Source: Octopus sinensis (lineage: Eukaryota). Taken from it: DNA of 64,000 bases. A program made the position numbers and the translations under genes. The stretch is from assembly GCF_006345805.1 (NCBI RefSeq), contig NC_043006.1, forward strand, positions 42,222,001 to 42,286,000, given 5' to 3'. A model generated the notes under the pieces. That model worked only from the letters and a program-made list of their open reading frames with translations. It did not search any database and was not told where the DNA came from. Positions 38,926 through 51,924 of this stretch are shown here, piece after piece (position 1 is the first letter of the stretch; each line of letters starts with the position of its first letter).

Positions 38926-41345
38926 TATATTTCTTTATTTGCGACACAGGGCTGAACACAGAGGAGACAAATTACAAAGTAGAGCTTTTCTCTTGGGGGA
39001 GAAAATAAAAAGGTGGGTAGGCTTTCGATCAAAAGAGATCATTAAAAAAAAACGATCAATAGGGATCGTGTATCACAGAAATGTCATGATGTAAAGTGTA
39101 AAGGGGGAAACAGATAAGGTTTATCTGTGGAAAGAAAAGCCTACGGAAAAGACCACGGTAACCTCGGTCAATAATGTCACATGCTAACACATTTATTTGC
39201 AAGTAAGTAACTCTCAGTTTTAAATTTTTCCGGTTTCATAGGATCATGCTCAAGTAGCTTCGACATTCATACGTGCCATCCTTGCTACATTCACCCATCT
39301 TTTTTTCAAACATTCGCTTGACAAAACTTGCCTCTCTACTCTCACTTTCCTTTTCAAGTAATACTTGAAGTTGATGAGAGATTGACCAGAGAGGAAAGTG
39401 TTTGTCTCCAATCCTTTCAGACGCGTCCACCAGATACATTCTTTCGCCATAGCCACAAGTATGATGAAAATAGCTCTTCCTTCTCGTTTGAAGGAAGGAT
39501 GCGTGACGATATTGACGATAGACTCGGCTGATAAACCGACTCGTCCCACCCGTGACAGCAGTCGTTCGACATAAGCCCACAGGTCGGAAATAGTTGGACA
39601 CTGCACGAGTGCGTGCAAAGCTGTTTCGTCGCTCTGATCGCATCTCGGGTAGGTCGACCCCGTGTTTCTCGAGCCGTGTCTGTAGAGATTATCCCGAACG
39701 GGTAGCGCTTCTCGGTAGCACTGCCAGGTCAGGGATCTCTGGAAGTTGTCCATAGGTCCCGGCCCGAAAGTCGTCTTGAACAGGCGGGTCAGGTATTCCT
39801 CGTCAATGCCCAGGTTCGCCCCAAGATCGTCGTCGTACCTCTCCTCCACTAAGCCCCTGGACGGCATTGTTGCTTGAGAGCAACACGATACTCACGGTGT
39901 CATTCGTTCTTCCTCGGCCTCTTTTTGATCCTCGACTGCAGTTTGGTCATGGAGACGAGCGGCGGGAAAGCATGCTTCACAAACGGCGACCACACCTGTT
40001 CACCGTCGTCTACGTAGAGTCGGAATTGTTGCAGTCTCAGTGCGTGTCTGCGCATCGTCAACCACGGCATGCCCAGCCATCCTTTTAACTGGTGTTGACA
40101 GCAAATAGATCGCCTGACTATCGGGACGCATCCTTTCCACAAGAAGCGGAAGAGAATGCGTTCTAGTTTGGTGATGGTAGGCACCACGGTCAGGTGGTAG
40201 TAGATGACGGACGCGATGTACGTGTTCGACACCTCCGCTCGACCTTTTAGGGACAGTTTCCTCTTGGCCTATTGCCGGGCGAAGGTGACCACCCTACTCG
40301 TTATCTCGTTCCAGTTCTTCTCCATTTGGAGGTCCGGACCAAACCAGATTCCGAGCAACTCGTCCGGACCATCAATCCAGCGTCCCACGACGGAAGCTCT
40401 GGTGGACAGCATGGGCTTGCTTCTCCGGGTGCCGAGCCACAAGCCCACTGACTTTTCCCTGTTGACTTTCGCTCCTGTTACCGCTTCGCGGTCTTTCAGT
40501 ATCTCACCGACCAGCTCGATGTGCTCGTGGCTAGACATTATGACGGTGACGTCGTCTGCGTATGCAGACACGCCCATCAGAGTCGCCAGCTTCCACAGTA
40601 GTGGCTCGAGAGTCAATACGTATAGAAGCGACGAGAGGGGGCATCCCTGACGGACAGAACCTGCAATGTTGAAAGGTCTCGATAGATGTCCATTTACGCG
40701 AATTACCGAACGGATGCCTCTGTACGAAGCAGCTATCTTGACTCCAAACAAGTCTGGCATGCAACTGTAAAGCTCGTAGGATAGACCATCCAAACCCAGC
40801 GATTTGTCCCTCGAGCATTCTGACATCGCGTCCCGCACTTCCGCTGCCGTGATGGCATCTTCACGGCCTCTCTTGTCGAGCATCGTGGCAGGCTGTGTAG
40901 GTAGGCACTGAAGTCTACCCTGCGTTCTCGCCCGCCACTCGTCCCGAACTGTCGGGCAAAATGCTGTTGAAATGCCTCACACATTTTACTTGGCTCGAAT
41001 AATTCATGCCCCTGTTCATCTACCAGAGACCGAACGGTGGCTTTGTTGCCCTGTTGCGCCTCCACCACCCGGGCCTCTCGTGCGGCTCCAACACCTTCGT
41101 TCCTTTGAGCACGCATCCTAGCTCTGACAACACACCCTTTGTGTTTGGCGTTGAAGTGTTGCTTGAGGGCCAACCTCACTGCCAAAACGTCGGATACGAT
41201 GCCACTTCTAATTGCCTCTTCTAACTTCTTAACTAACTCACCCTCTACTCTGTTTCTATCTATGGCTAGTGCTTTGCTATACCTAATCGCTTCTGCTTTT
41301 ATTGCTCTCTTGAGGGCAAACCACCATTTGTTGTTGATGATGGCT
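38926..41345 (-). mobile_element. Second Tx1-like LINE copy, frameshifted and internally deleted
   Basis: ORF fragments 39250-39867, 39900-40232, 40269-40883, 40733-41185 are highly similar to 16292-18898. It has the same 3' UTR ending in (TATC)n at 38809-38925 and lacks the RT segment between DLFG and IAA.Y seen in copy 1. Confidence 0.9.
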
Positions 41346-42254
41346 GGATTTCACTATTTCGCTACGTTTCAGTTCTGTATGCTCGAGCCTTCTTCGGGAG
41401 TCTCGTGATTCACTTAAGTGCCTTGCCTTGGATTGAACTCAGACTAATAAGTAATATAAAATCTCGGGAATTTGGAGAATTTTAAACTCCATGTCATACG
41501 TATTTCATTGCAGTATAGGAAATACATAGACACAGAGAATGAGAGACAGAAGTTTGCGCGTGTGTGTGTGTCTAAGTATCCCAAACGTGTATGCACGCGC
41601 AAGTGTATTGTATAGACATATGCATATATATATATATTTCTACTGTATGCTACGCCTATCTCTGAATATCACCTGTATTTCTATATACCATAGACATGTA
41701 ATATGGTTTCTAGCTTACATCGTCTGCTTTCACTAACAACCCCCTCCTGTCTCTTTCATGTAATATAAACCATCTCTATCACATTGAAACAGACTGTTAG
41801 TTCATAATATTAGTTCATATAAACAAATTTACCAAAATAGCTATGCACTACTTTAAATAATATAAAGTAATTATAGCTTAATGCTATATTTTTTAATCAA
41901 ATTAGCATAGAATCTATTGTTTAATCCCCCAGGCTCTTTTTCGTTACACAAATTCACTGGGATAACATCGCCTTAATGTTAAATCAATGGTTTTCTTTAA
42001 ATCAATTTTTGTTCTAAACAAATTCGTTTGTATACTTATAATTACTAATATTTTCTACTTTTGCACATTATTAACTTTGCCCAGTATCACTGTTGTCATA
42101 TTTAATAGCTACAAATTCTATTAGTCTTCTGCAAGCTGTCTACAATATATTACATAAAACTCATCCGTTATTTTAACAGATTTCATAATCAAATTTTTTG
42201 CTTCCCTAATAACTTTTTCTGCTAAAAGCACAAAGCCTGGAATTCATGGGAAGT

Positions 42255-42420
42255 GGAATGGTCAATTACATCGACCACAGTACTTGACTGGCACTCAGTA
42301 TATCGACCCAGAGAGGATCAAAGGCAAAGTCGACCTCGGCGGAATTTGAACTCCGTAAAGACGGACGAAATGCCGCTAAGCATTTTGCCCGGCGTGCTGA
42401 CGATTCTGCCAGCTCGCCTC
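42255..42420 (-). mobile_element. SINE family A copy
   Basis: gtcgacctcggcggaatttgaac...cgattctgccagctcgcc. Confidence 0.75.
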
Positions 42421-42553
42421 CTTTGCTTCCCTTATAATGCTTCATTATATATTTAAGGTCAATAAACGTTGACCGTTTAGCCTTGTTAACCCTTTTTTCA
42501 ATAAACTTCAATTTTATCAACATAGCAGTTCCATTCAAAAACTTGTTCCTTTA

Positions 42554-42788
42554 CAGTAAACCCTCGCCATATCGCGCTTCACCTATCACGATTCAACTAT
42601 CGCGGTTTATTATTTAAACTTACGTCAATTCCTCCGTGGTGTTGTTTTGCATTTATAATAAAATAAATATATAGAAATTATAAAAATAATATCAAAATAT
42701 ACATCACAGTACTGTTTCTACTTTGCGAATTTTCACCTATAGCGGAGTGTTTTGGAACGTAACACCCGTGATAGTCGAAGGATTACTG
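42554..42788. mobile_element. Tigger/pogo-type MITE
   Basis: TIRs CAGTAAACCCTCGCCATATCGCG / CGTGATAGTCGAAGGATTACTG flanked by TA on both sides. Confidence 0.8.
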
Positions 42789-44009
42789 TATATAATTTTA
42801 AGCCCTCCTTCAGTCTCAATCACCATTCCCAAAATCCAAGAAAATAAATTCAGGGTTACAACCAACATTTATTACATTTATTTCCCTTAATTGAAAATCA
42901 CAATAAATCTTACAATTAATTTTATAAATTCAGACAAATACTTGAAATCGTTCTGCATTCATTATTATGGCTTTTTCCAAAGAATATTTCGTCGAAAGGA
43001 AAATGTTTTTTCCAGCGAAAAATTACGACAGTAATCAACATGTTCACGCTCAAATCTGCCAGAAATTACTGAAAATATTAGATACTGTATTGCTTGGATT
43101 TTTCGCTGCTTTGCGTGCACCCCATGAATTACTTTCAGCTTGGCAGGCATCAAAACGCATCAGTAAATAATTAATTTGCTGATTTCTTTAAACAAGAGCC
43201 AATGGTTTTGTTAGATTCATCAGGCCGGAGGGATAGCCTTAACTGAAGAGACACACAACAAGGTCGAAAAAAGCAGTCGCTCAAAGTCCTCTTATACCAA
43301 TGAAACACGAGAACTATGAGCGCAAATAACTAAAAAATACGAGGTATTCTTCGATGAGGATAAATGACTGTGATAAATTCACGTTCGAATCTTCCAGGAT
43401 GTATAAGAATGGAATTTTTTTCTGGTTTCTCGCTGTTCTGTATGCACTCATAAAACAGCAAATTTCTTGACTTCAATACAAAAACGACATTATCAGTTTT
43501 ATAGATTAGTTTCTTGGGGCCTGGTCTTGTGTGTGTGTGTGTGTGTGTGTTGTGTGTGTGTGTGTGGTGTGTGTGTGTGTGTTTCTTTACGTCTCTCTGT
43601 CTCTCAGTCTGTCAAATGTATTTAAGTAAATCTTACATTGTCTTCTCTATCTGTCTGTTTTCTTCTGTATATAATTCTTTCTCTCCCTCTTCCTTTCTCT
43701 CACTCTCTATCTCTTCCTCTTTCTCTCTCTCACTTCTTCCCTATCTCTTTCTCTCTCGCCATAGATTTTATTCTCTCTTCTTATTCCCACCTCTTCATGC
43801 TTACACACAAGCGCACATGCATATTTATGTAAGTGCATATGTATAACAATATGCATACTTATAGGTATAGATATTTCTATATATACCCGCATACATATGT
43901 GTATATGTATGTGTGTGTGCGTTTGTGCGTGTGTGTGCATGCATATAAATGTACTTTCGTGTGCTATGATCAATATACCACACCACACAAATACATAGAT
44001 AGATGGATG

Positions 44010-44052
<43 letters not shown>

Positions 44053-44057
44053 CGATC

Positions 44058-44141
<84 letters not shown>

Positions 44142-44631
44142 TGTAGGTATATAGATAGACAGATAGATAGATATACATATATATACACACATATGTATAC
44201 ATACTTATATATATGTGTGTGTGTATGCACGTATGGATATTGATCTATATTTTCTTTTGATTTTCCTATTTGTCTGTGTCTATGCGTACATGTGTGTATG
44301 CATATGTATGTGTATGAGTGTGTGGATACATGCGCACGTGTGTGTGTATGTGCGCACGCATGAGCGTTTGTGTTTTTACATACGTGTTAGTGTTAGTATT
44401 TGTGTAGTATGTGTTTATTATACTTTACAAGTGACACACAAGACTTCATCGATTAATCTAATCCCTAGAGAATTTAATGGATGAATATATATACACACGC
44501 ATATATTTAAATGCACTTAATAAAATACATACGCATACATATATATATACATGCATACATACACACATACATACATTCATATATACATTGATATATACAT
44601 GCATATATAAATTTACGTTTTATAAACGTCG

Positions 44632-44929
44632 ATGCTGAATAGGGTGTTTGCCAAAGATCTTAACTCAGTCTATCGTAGTTTCAGTGTAAACATCACAATC
44701 TCTATAAAAGACACTCTATCAGAAGAACAAGCTGAAAGCTTCTTGAAGTCTATATGGAGAAGAAATCATAAGTTCGACAAACAAAGCTGCATTGCAAGAA
44801 GTTGGAGACAAAAGAAGACCACCACCACCACCACGAAGACGACGACGGCGATGACGATACGGGTGGCGGTGCCGACGGCGGTAGCGGTGGTGAAGAAGAA
44901 GAAGAGAAGAAGAAGAAGAAGAAGAAGAA

Positions 44930-44961
<32 letters not shown>

Positions 44962-46780
44962 ATGGGTCTACTACTAGCATGTTGGACAAAAACTATATGA
45001 AATGAATGGTTCAATAGTGGAACCGGTTCTAAAGAAATGACAAATATAAAATCATAAAATTCTCTTGCCCAAGATATTTGTACAGGAATTTCGCGTTTTA
45101 TCACCAAAGTTGGTAACCCTGTATGGAAAACGTATCAGGAGTATATTATGTGCTCAAACGGTTGACCATTGAAGTTACTTTTTTTTTTCTTTGCAGAAAT
45201 AACCAAATCACCGAAGTTAGAATAATTACAACCCCTGTCCTGTCTTAATATCATGCATGATACGTAATCTGTTTACAGAATCATTATTGTATTTCCACAA
45301 ATATGAGCAGACTGGGAGAATGGCAAGAATTACAGGAGTCATCTCATGCAATAACAGGAGTCGTATCGTGCAATAAACCGGGTAGAAACAGTGAAAAAAT
45401 ACGCGGTAATTTGGCTGCAGTGTGGCTAGACTACTAGGAAATTGTTGATAATATAGCACATGGGTGGATTATCTAAGTGTTCTCTTTGCTGGCAGTAGGA
45501 TAGAGGAAGAGATGCTGAGAGAGGGAAGAGGAGTAGAGAGAAGGGGGGGAGAGTAGAGAGAAGGGGGGAGAGTAGAGAGAAGGGGGGGAGAGTAGAGAGG
45601 GGGAGGAGTAGAGAGAGGAAGAGGGAAGAAGAACGAGTTTAAGTTTAAGGGAAGAGAATCACTTCTAAGTTTTATTTTCTGGTTTTTTTTTTTTGTTTTT
45701 TGTTGTGTTTTTTTACTCTAGTTTTAAGTTGGAAAATTTTGGCCCGAAATTGAAAGAGGAATTGTGTAAGCTTTACATTTAACCAAAGTACTACAAGTGA
45801 TAGCTGCTATTCAACTTCTTTCTAAGACATTATAAACATCTTTATTTCTGGTAGATAACAAACCAATTACATCTGACATGCAATTTTAAAATGGTACTCT
45901 GCATGGCGATAGTTTATCTGGACTCTTCTTTGTCCTCTCGCTAAATACGATCTCACAAAACATAATGTTTACAGAATAGATGCCCTGAATCCTAAATCTG
46001 CATGGGCCATGTATTTAGTAACGTCAAATTGTCCTAATTTTTAGTCTAACGAACTTATATTCCAAAGATATTAGATTGACTTGAGAGAACGGCTTTTGCA
46101 TATAATTGGGAACTACAAGTATTTTGAACATGATGAAAATGTTTGGTATTGGAGAGGCGTTCCTTTTGAAGGAGCTAGAAATGACTTCTTTGTAAGAGTA
46201 AAGAAGATATAGCCGTCAACACAGTGTATAACAAGCACATCGCTCGCATTTTTGCAGTATCTATTTCGACCACTGCACGAACAATGCGAGATTGAAGTTA
46301 GAAATCAGAAACTGTTCAGTGTTACTAGAAATTTGAACATTAATAAAGATGTTGAAAAAATTATAATTTCCACACAAGGAGGGCTATTGTGGTTGTAAAT
46401 CTCCATTAACATCACATGAGACCCGCAATTTAATATTAAAACATCTCCAACAGACTAAAATAATCTTGCTCAAGTTATTCAATCAGGGAAGGATGTTGGC
46501 CAGAGTTGGAATTTGGATATTAATATCCTGTCTATAAAAATACCGCAGTGGCGTTATGGATATTACACTCCATAACCCCATTGCAGTACTAGTACTAATA
46601 TCAGCATTGGGGATACTAAATTGGACATTTGAAGAGATCAGCAACTTGGTTACTAAAACGAAGACGAGAAAAATCACAGGAAACTTTAATATCGACAATA
46701 ACAGACAGAATCTATGGTTAGACGGAAAAACAGACAGAAGCATGAGGTCAATACAAACGCCCTTTGAGTATCACATCATA
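44632..46780 (+). mobile_element. Old, heavily decayed R4/Dong-like LINE interrupted by microsatellites
   Basis: EEQAESFLKSIW motif near 44720, RP.CL-like segment near 45230, GTLHGDSLSGLFFVLSLN at ~45892-45945, SKDI near 46060 and NNRQNL (REL HNRPDI-like) near 46695. Confidence 0.6.
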
Positions 46781-46850
46781 TCACTCTCATGTGTACTCAC
46801 ACAATAGTAGCAACAACAGCTGCATCTACAGTAGCAGTATCAGCAGCAGT

Positions 46851-46922
<72 letters not shown>

Positions 46923-47179
46923 CCTAAATCAATACCCTCTATTAATTCAGGAGTTCTCTGAGTACTCAGAAGTGTATAAAAAAAGTCACTCATTATATTA
47001 ACAGAAAGTTACGGTCCGCGTACATATGCCGCAAGCTAAATGATACCAACAATATTGCTAGAAAGGTAGACTCTTCTGGATTTGTGACAGACACATCAAC
47101 TCCCATATAGAAGGATACGCCTTCGCTATTCAGGATTATGAGATAGCTTTTAGATCCCTCATCAGTAGGAATGTCTGTG

Positions 47180-47557
47180 TGATAAGTAGCTTGCTTACCA
47201 ACCACATGGTTCCGGGTTCAGTCCCACTGCATAGCACCTTGGGCAAGTGTCTTCTTCTATAGCCTCGGGCCGACCAAAGCCTTGTTAGTAGATTTGACAA
47301 ACGGAAGCTGAAAGAAACCCGTTGTATATATGTATATGTGTGCGTGTTTGTGTGTGTGTGTGTTTGTCCCCCCAACATCGCTTGACAACCGATGCTGGTG
47401 TGTTTATGTCCCCGTAACTTAGCAATTCGGCAAAAGAGGCCGATAGAATAAGTACTAGGCTTACAAAGAATAAGTCCTGGGGTCGATTTGCACGACTAAG
47501 GCGATGCTCCAGCATGGCCACAGTCAAATGACTGAAACAAGTAAAAGAGTAAAAAGA
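47180..47557 (+). mobile_element. SINE family B copy
   Basis: Full head-to-tail match with the other copies. Confidence 0.8.
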
Positions 47558-47948
47558 TAAAGATGTCTCCAAACTAGGTTGTGAGGAAAAATCAGGCTAT
47601 CAATTTCGCAATTCCGGTAACGAAAAAAATCCCTTATATCATCAGAAACGGCCCGAAAAGTGTCAGTACGGTTCCACTCTTTCAGGAGATTTGACGTTGT
47701 TGCCTAATCTATTTACAGGGTTGTCAGTAATGTATTCACACCTTTAAAAATAAGGAATACAAGTAGAATGATCTAAAAAAAAAGTAGCACTATAGTGTAA
47801 TTACAACAGAACTGATGTTCTATGGAATAACGGACAAAGCTATGAACACAGCTGAGTTCAGTAGGTTTAAAACTGTAAAGAAAGAAGTCATTTATGTTGA
47901 ACTTATTCGGAACTTATGACATTTGTACCCTGGATACGCAATCTTATT

Positions 47949-48168
47949 TCTTTATTGCTCACAAGGGGCTAAACATAGAGGGAACAAACAAGGATAGACA
48001 AACGGATTAAGTCGCAGTGCGTAACTGGGACTTATTTAATCGACCCCGAAAGGATGAAAGGCAAAGTCGACCTCGGCGGAATTTGAACTCAGAACGTAGC
48101 GGCAGACGAAATATTGCTAAGCATTTCGCCCGGCGTGCTAACGTTTCCGCCAGCTCGCCGCCTTATAC
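47949..48168 (-). mobile_element. SINE family A full copy with 13-bp TSD
   Basis: TSD acgcaatcttatt at 47936-47948 and 48169-48181. Confidence 0.85.
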
Positions 48169-48617
48169 ACGCAATCTTATTGAGTCTATTAACATAGATG
48201 TACTGGGTTATGTAAAAGCAGATTTCCTTATATGCGTAGAAACACTGGGCTTTCCAAATAAAGAACAGAGAAAACTGCTTTGCATCTTCTAAATCCAATC
48301 GATTAATAGTAGAGTAAAAAATTTACAAGACATATCAAAGATTCTCCAAGGTTTCGTAGTGTTGATATAAGACGTCATACCAATCAGTCTGCAGTCTATA
48401 TATTACACAAAAACAACATGAGAACTTCACGGCTGGAACGCCCTTAATCGTAGACCTGTCTCCTCACACAGAACTGGCCTAGGATAAACAGCAACAAACA
48501 CAGCGACTACAGCAACTGCAGTCACCACTAGCACTAACCATTATACTACAATCACATGATCCACCATATATTGTCTGAATAGAAGGCGAAATGGTCGTGG
48601 CCACATTTCTTTTATTA

Positions 48618-48875
48618 TAGGTTTATTAGATCAAGACTGACCTGGGATTAAAACACCAGCAGCAACTCTAGCATCAGCACCATAATAACTTCATAATAGG
48701 TTTGCTGGACCGAGACTGACCTCGAGTTAAAACGCCAATGATAACACCTACATTAACAACATCAGAATTTCAGCATAGATTTATTGGATCGAGTCTGACC
48801 TCGGCTTTAAACGCCAACACCATCGTAAATTTCATCAGAGGTTTGTTGGATTAGGACTGACCTCGGATTAAATCT
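48618..48875. repeat. Degenerate minisatellite, four units (periods 79, 79, ~61 bp)
   Basis: Motif aggtttgttggatcgagactgacctcggattaaaacgcca starts near 48618, 48697, 48776 and 48837. Confidence 0.8.
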
Positions 48876-49289
48876 CTCTCCCCAACACCATCATATATAT
48901 CAACACATTTCAATTCCTTTGAAACTGTGATATCGATCAGCAGGAACTGGTTCGGTGCAGTGGTGGGGTAAAAAGAAGAGAACCTTAGGAAGCTTACCAA
49001 TAGTCTGGTGCCATTGTGTTTTGTATGCTCACTAGAAGTTGCGTAGCATTGATGTAATTTTCATAAACTTCGTGCTAATTAGCAAATTAACTGGAATTCT
49101 TCTATAATGATGAATTCTTATTTTTCATTCGATATTTACGATTACTGCGGATATGCATATGTTCGTGTGTATCGATATATACGAATGTATACATACATCA
49201 CACATACATATATCCAGAGATATATATATATTTATATACACATAATATATATATACACATATTTATGCAGATATATGTATGTGTGCGTG

Positions 49290-49373
<84 letters not shown>

Positions 49374-49404
49374 GTTCCTTCTCAAGCCATGCCTGGTTCA
49401 TAAT

Positions 49405-49670
49405 GGGTCGGTCTTCCGGTTTCATTGGCGTATAGGTTCCCCACCTGGATGGGACGCCGGTCCATCGCAGGTGAGCTGCTGGATGCAGGAGGAAAGAGTG
49501 AGAGAAAGTTGTGGCGAAAGAGTCAGCAGAAGTTCGCCATTACCTTCTGCTGGAGCCGCATGGAGCTTAGGTGTTTCGCTCATAAACACACACATCACCC
49601 GGTCTGAGATTCGAACCCACTATTCCTCGACCCGCGAGTCCGCTGCACTAACCACTAGGCTATGCGCCTC
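49405..49670 (-). mobile_element. tRNA-derived SINE, third family
   Basis: Minus-strand head ggcgcatagcctagtggttagtgc...gggttcgaatctc (A/B boxes). A related copy lies at 11940-12085. Confidence 0.7.
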
Positions 49671-49853
49671 CATGTATAAATATAGTTGTGGTGTATTCTG
49701 TTAAGAACACAGTAGAGTATAGTGCTCGTCCACCTTCAGATTTACCCTGTACTATCCAGTAGTTATATAATACGTACTTCCAGGTTTGTGTTTGGGCATC
49801 TATCGTATGTGAATATATATTTGAAAAAATTGGAGACAACAAGAAGGAGTACG

Positions 49854-50077
49854 TTCTATATTTAAGAGATGTAGAATTATGTACATTATTTATATTATTT
49901 ACATTATTTACATCCAACGGATATTTGTCCTCACCTTGTTTGTTGTTAACAACGTTTCGAAATTTTCCCAAGACACCTGAAGAAGGCTGGAGGATATATC
50001 AGCCGAAACGTTGTGTTAACAACAAACAAGATGAGGACAAATATCCATCGAATGTAAATAATATAAATAATGTAAAT
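49854..50077 (+). mobile_element. Penelope-like pseudo-LTR mini-insertion (inverted plus direct terminus) with hammerhead motif and 13-bp TSD
   Basis: TSD aagaaggagtacg at 49841-49853 and 50078-50090. Internal inverted arms ~49880-49959 / 50004-50077. Hammerhead motif at 49972-50017. PLE assignment is inferred from this architecture. Confidence 0.75.
49972..50017 (+). ncRNA. Minimal (dimer-type) hammerhead ribozyme motif
   Basis: gacac-CTGAAGA-a-ggctg(10 nt)cagcc-GAAAC-GTT-gtgtt. Stem III reduces to the palindrome AACGTT, as described for minimal PLE hammerheads. Confidence 0.7.
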
Positions 50078-50556
50078 AAGAAGGAGTACGGTTGGGTATT
50101 TATATTTTAATCGTTACAATTGTTTCCACGCAACGTAGGTCTCCAGGCGTGCAGGTACTTGATTATTCAACTGTTTTCTGCATTATGAGATTTGGTTGTG
50201 TTTCCTCAGTGGATATGTAAATATTGTCTTCGTGAGTTCAAAATCCTCGGCTTCAAGAACATCCTCTGTGTCTAACATGGCCTGAACATAGTAGTAGTCA
50301 CTGAACTCAGTGGATACTAAATTCAGGCCACGATAGACAGAGACGTCCTTGAAGCCGAGGATTTTAAACTTACGAAGGGAATATTTACATATGCTATGTG
50401 TGAAACACAACCAGATCTCATAGTGCAAGGAAGCAATTGCATAACCAAGGACCTGCACGCCTGGAGAACTACGTTGCGTGGAAACAATTGTAATGATTAA
50501 AAATAAATACCCAACCGTGCTCCTTTTTGTTGACTCCATTTCTTTTCAATTATAGA

Positions 50557-50620
<64 letters not shown>

Positions 50621-50626
50621 CGCGCG

Positions 50627-50740
50627 TATGTCATCATTCAGTATATTTCAAGATTTTTTGCCAATAGAGAAAGAACCGGTTTCTAACATACATCCAAGGC
50701 TCCTTCAGTGTAATTTCAACATCAACAACAGGGTATATAT
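50627..50740 (-). mobile_element. Terminal 3' UTR fragment of the R4-like element
   Basis: Reverse complement matches 21325-21430 (ccctgttgttgatgttgaaatt...aatcttgaaat..actga.t.atgacatac). Confidence 0.7.
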
Positions 50741-50875
50741 GTATTATGTATATATGTGCGTATGTATGTAAGCATGTATGTATGTATACATGTATATATA
50801 TATATGTGTGTGTGTGTATGTATTATATATATATATATATATAGATATATATATATATAATATATATATATATAT

Positions 50876-51225
50876 GCAGGCGTGGCTGTGTGGTAAGAAG
50901 TTTGCTACTTCCCAACCATATGGTTCTGGACTCAGCCCCACTGCGTGGCACCTTGGGCAAGTGTCTTTTACTATAGCCTCAAGCCGATCAAAGCCTTGTG
51001 AGTACATTTGGTAGTCAGAAACTGAAAGAAGCTCGTCGTATACATATGTGCGTGTTTGTCCACCCACCATCGCTTGACGACCGATGTTGGTGTGTTTATG
51101 TCCCCGTAACTTAGAGGTTCGATAAAAGACACCGATAGAATAAGCACTGGGGTCGATTTGTTCGACTAAAGGCACTGCTCCAGCATGGCAGCAGTCGGAT
51201 GACTGAAATAAGTAAAAGAGTAAAA
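50876..51225 (+). mobile_element. SINE family B copy
   Basis: gcaggcgtggctgtgtggtaagaag head and gactgaaataagtaaaagag tail. Confidence 0.8.
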
Positions 51226-51397
51226 TAATATATATATATATAATATATATATATATATTATCTGTATGTATGTATGTATGTATGTATGTATGTATGTATG
51301 TATGTCTATGTATGTAGTATATGTATGTATGTATGTATGTATATAGATATATATGGTATATGTATGTATGTATAATGCATATATATATATATGTATA

Positions 51398-51450
<53 letters not shown>

Positions 51451-51924
51451 TTGTGTGTGTATGTATGCACCAAAACGATGTGTATAATACTATTCCACAT
51501 ATTCAAAAACAATCATACCAACAATCCAACATACCTCCATCATCAGCTGCTCCACGGATATCATTGTGATTTCGACACCTAGGCAGTACCATTCAACCCG
51601 GCGTCGTCAACAGCACTAAAATAAGTGTTGTTTGAGAATAAACATACCAAAGACGCCACAACTTTCAAACACATTTACCCTATGTACAACAGAATCTGTA
51701 AATAAATTCAATAAGTAAATTTATAACCAGCTCCTAAATACGTAACTAAACAGTGACCAAACCTTTAAGTCATACAAAAATATTCCCTACAGTCTTCCAT
51801 AGTATAATATAAATGTGAAAGCTTAATAACCACATTCGTTCAATCTAAATATAGGCAGGATGAAGCACTAGCTTTAAATATATATATACATACATATGTG
51901 TGTGTGTGAGAGAGAAAGAGAGAG

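Larger units (their letters stand above)
49815..50556. mobile_element. Foldback MITE-like element (~250 bp arms) carrying a nested insertion
   Basis: 50091-50285 pairs with 50325-50518 around a central cactga-ac-tcagtg. The left arm continues at 49815-49853 once the nested insert is removed. Confidence 0.85.

Noticed and set aside
43243-43269. CTGAAGA-gac(10 nt)gtc-GAAA hammerhead-like core
   Set aside because: I could not find a stem III/NUH or a stem I partner in either topology.
46556-46807. ORF with hydrophobic N-terminus as a possible receptor or secreted-protein exon
   Set aside because: It lies in the decayed R4-like LINE, its NNRQNL segment corresponds to the REL HNRPDI motif, and it has no Cys-loop receptor motifs.
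48618-48875. CRISPR array
   Set aside because: Eukaryotic intron, no cas genes, degenerate repeats, and spacers that resemble each other.
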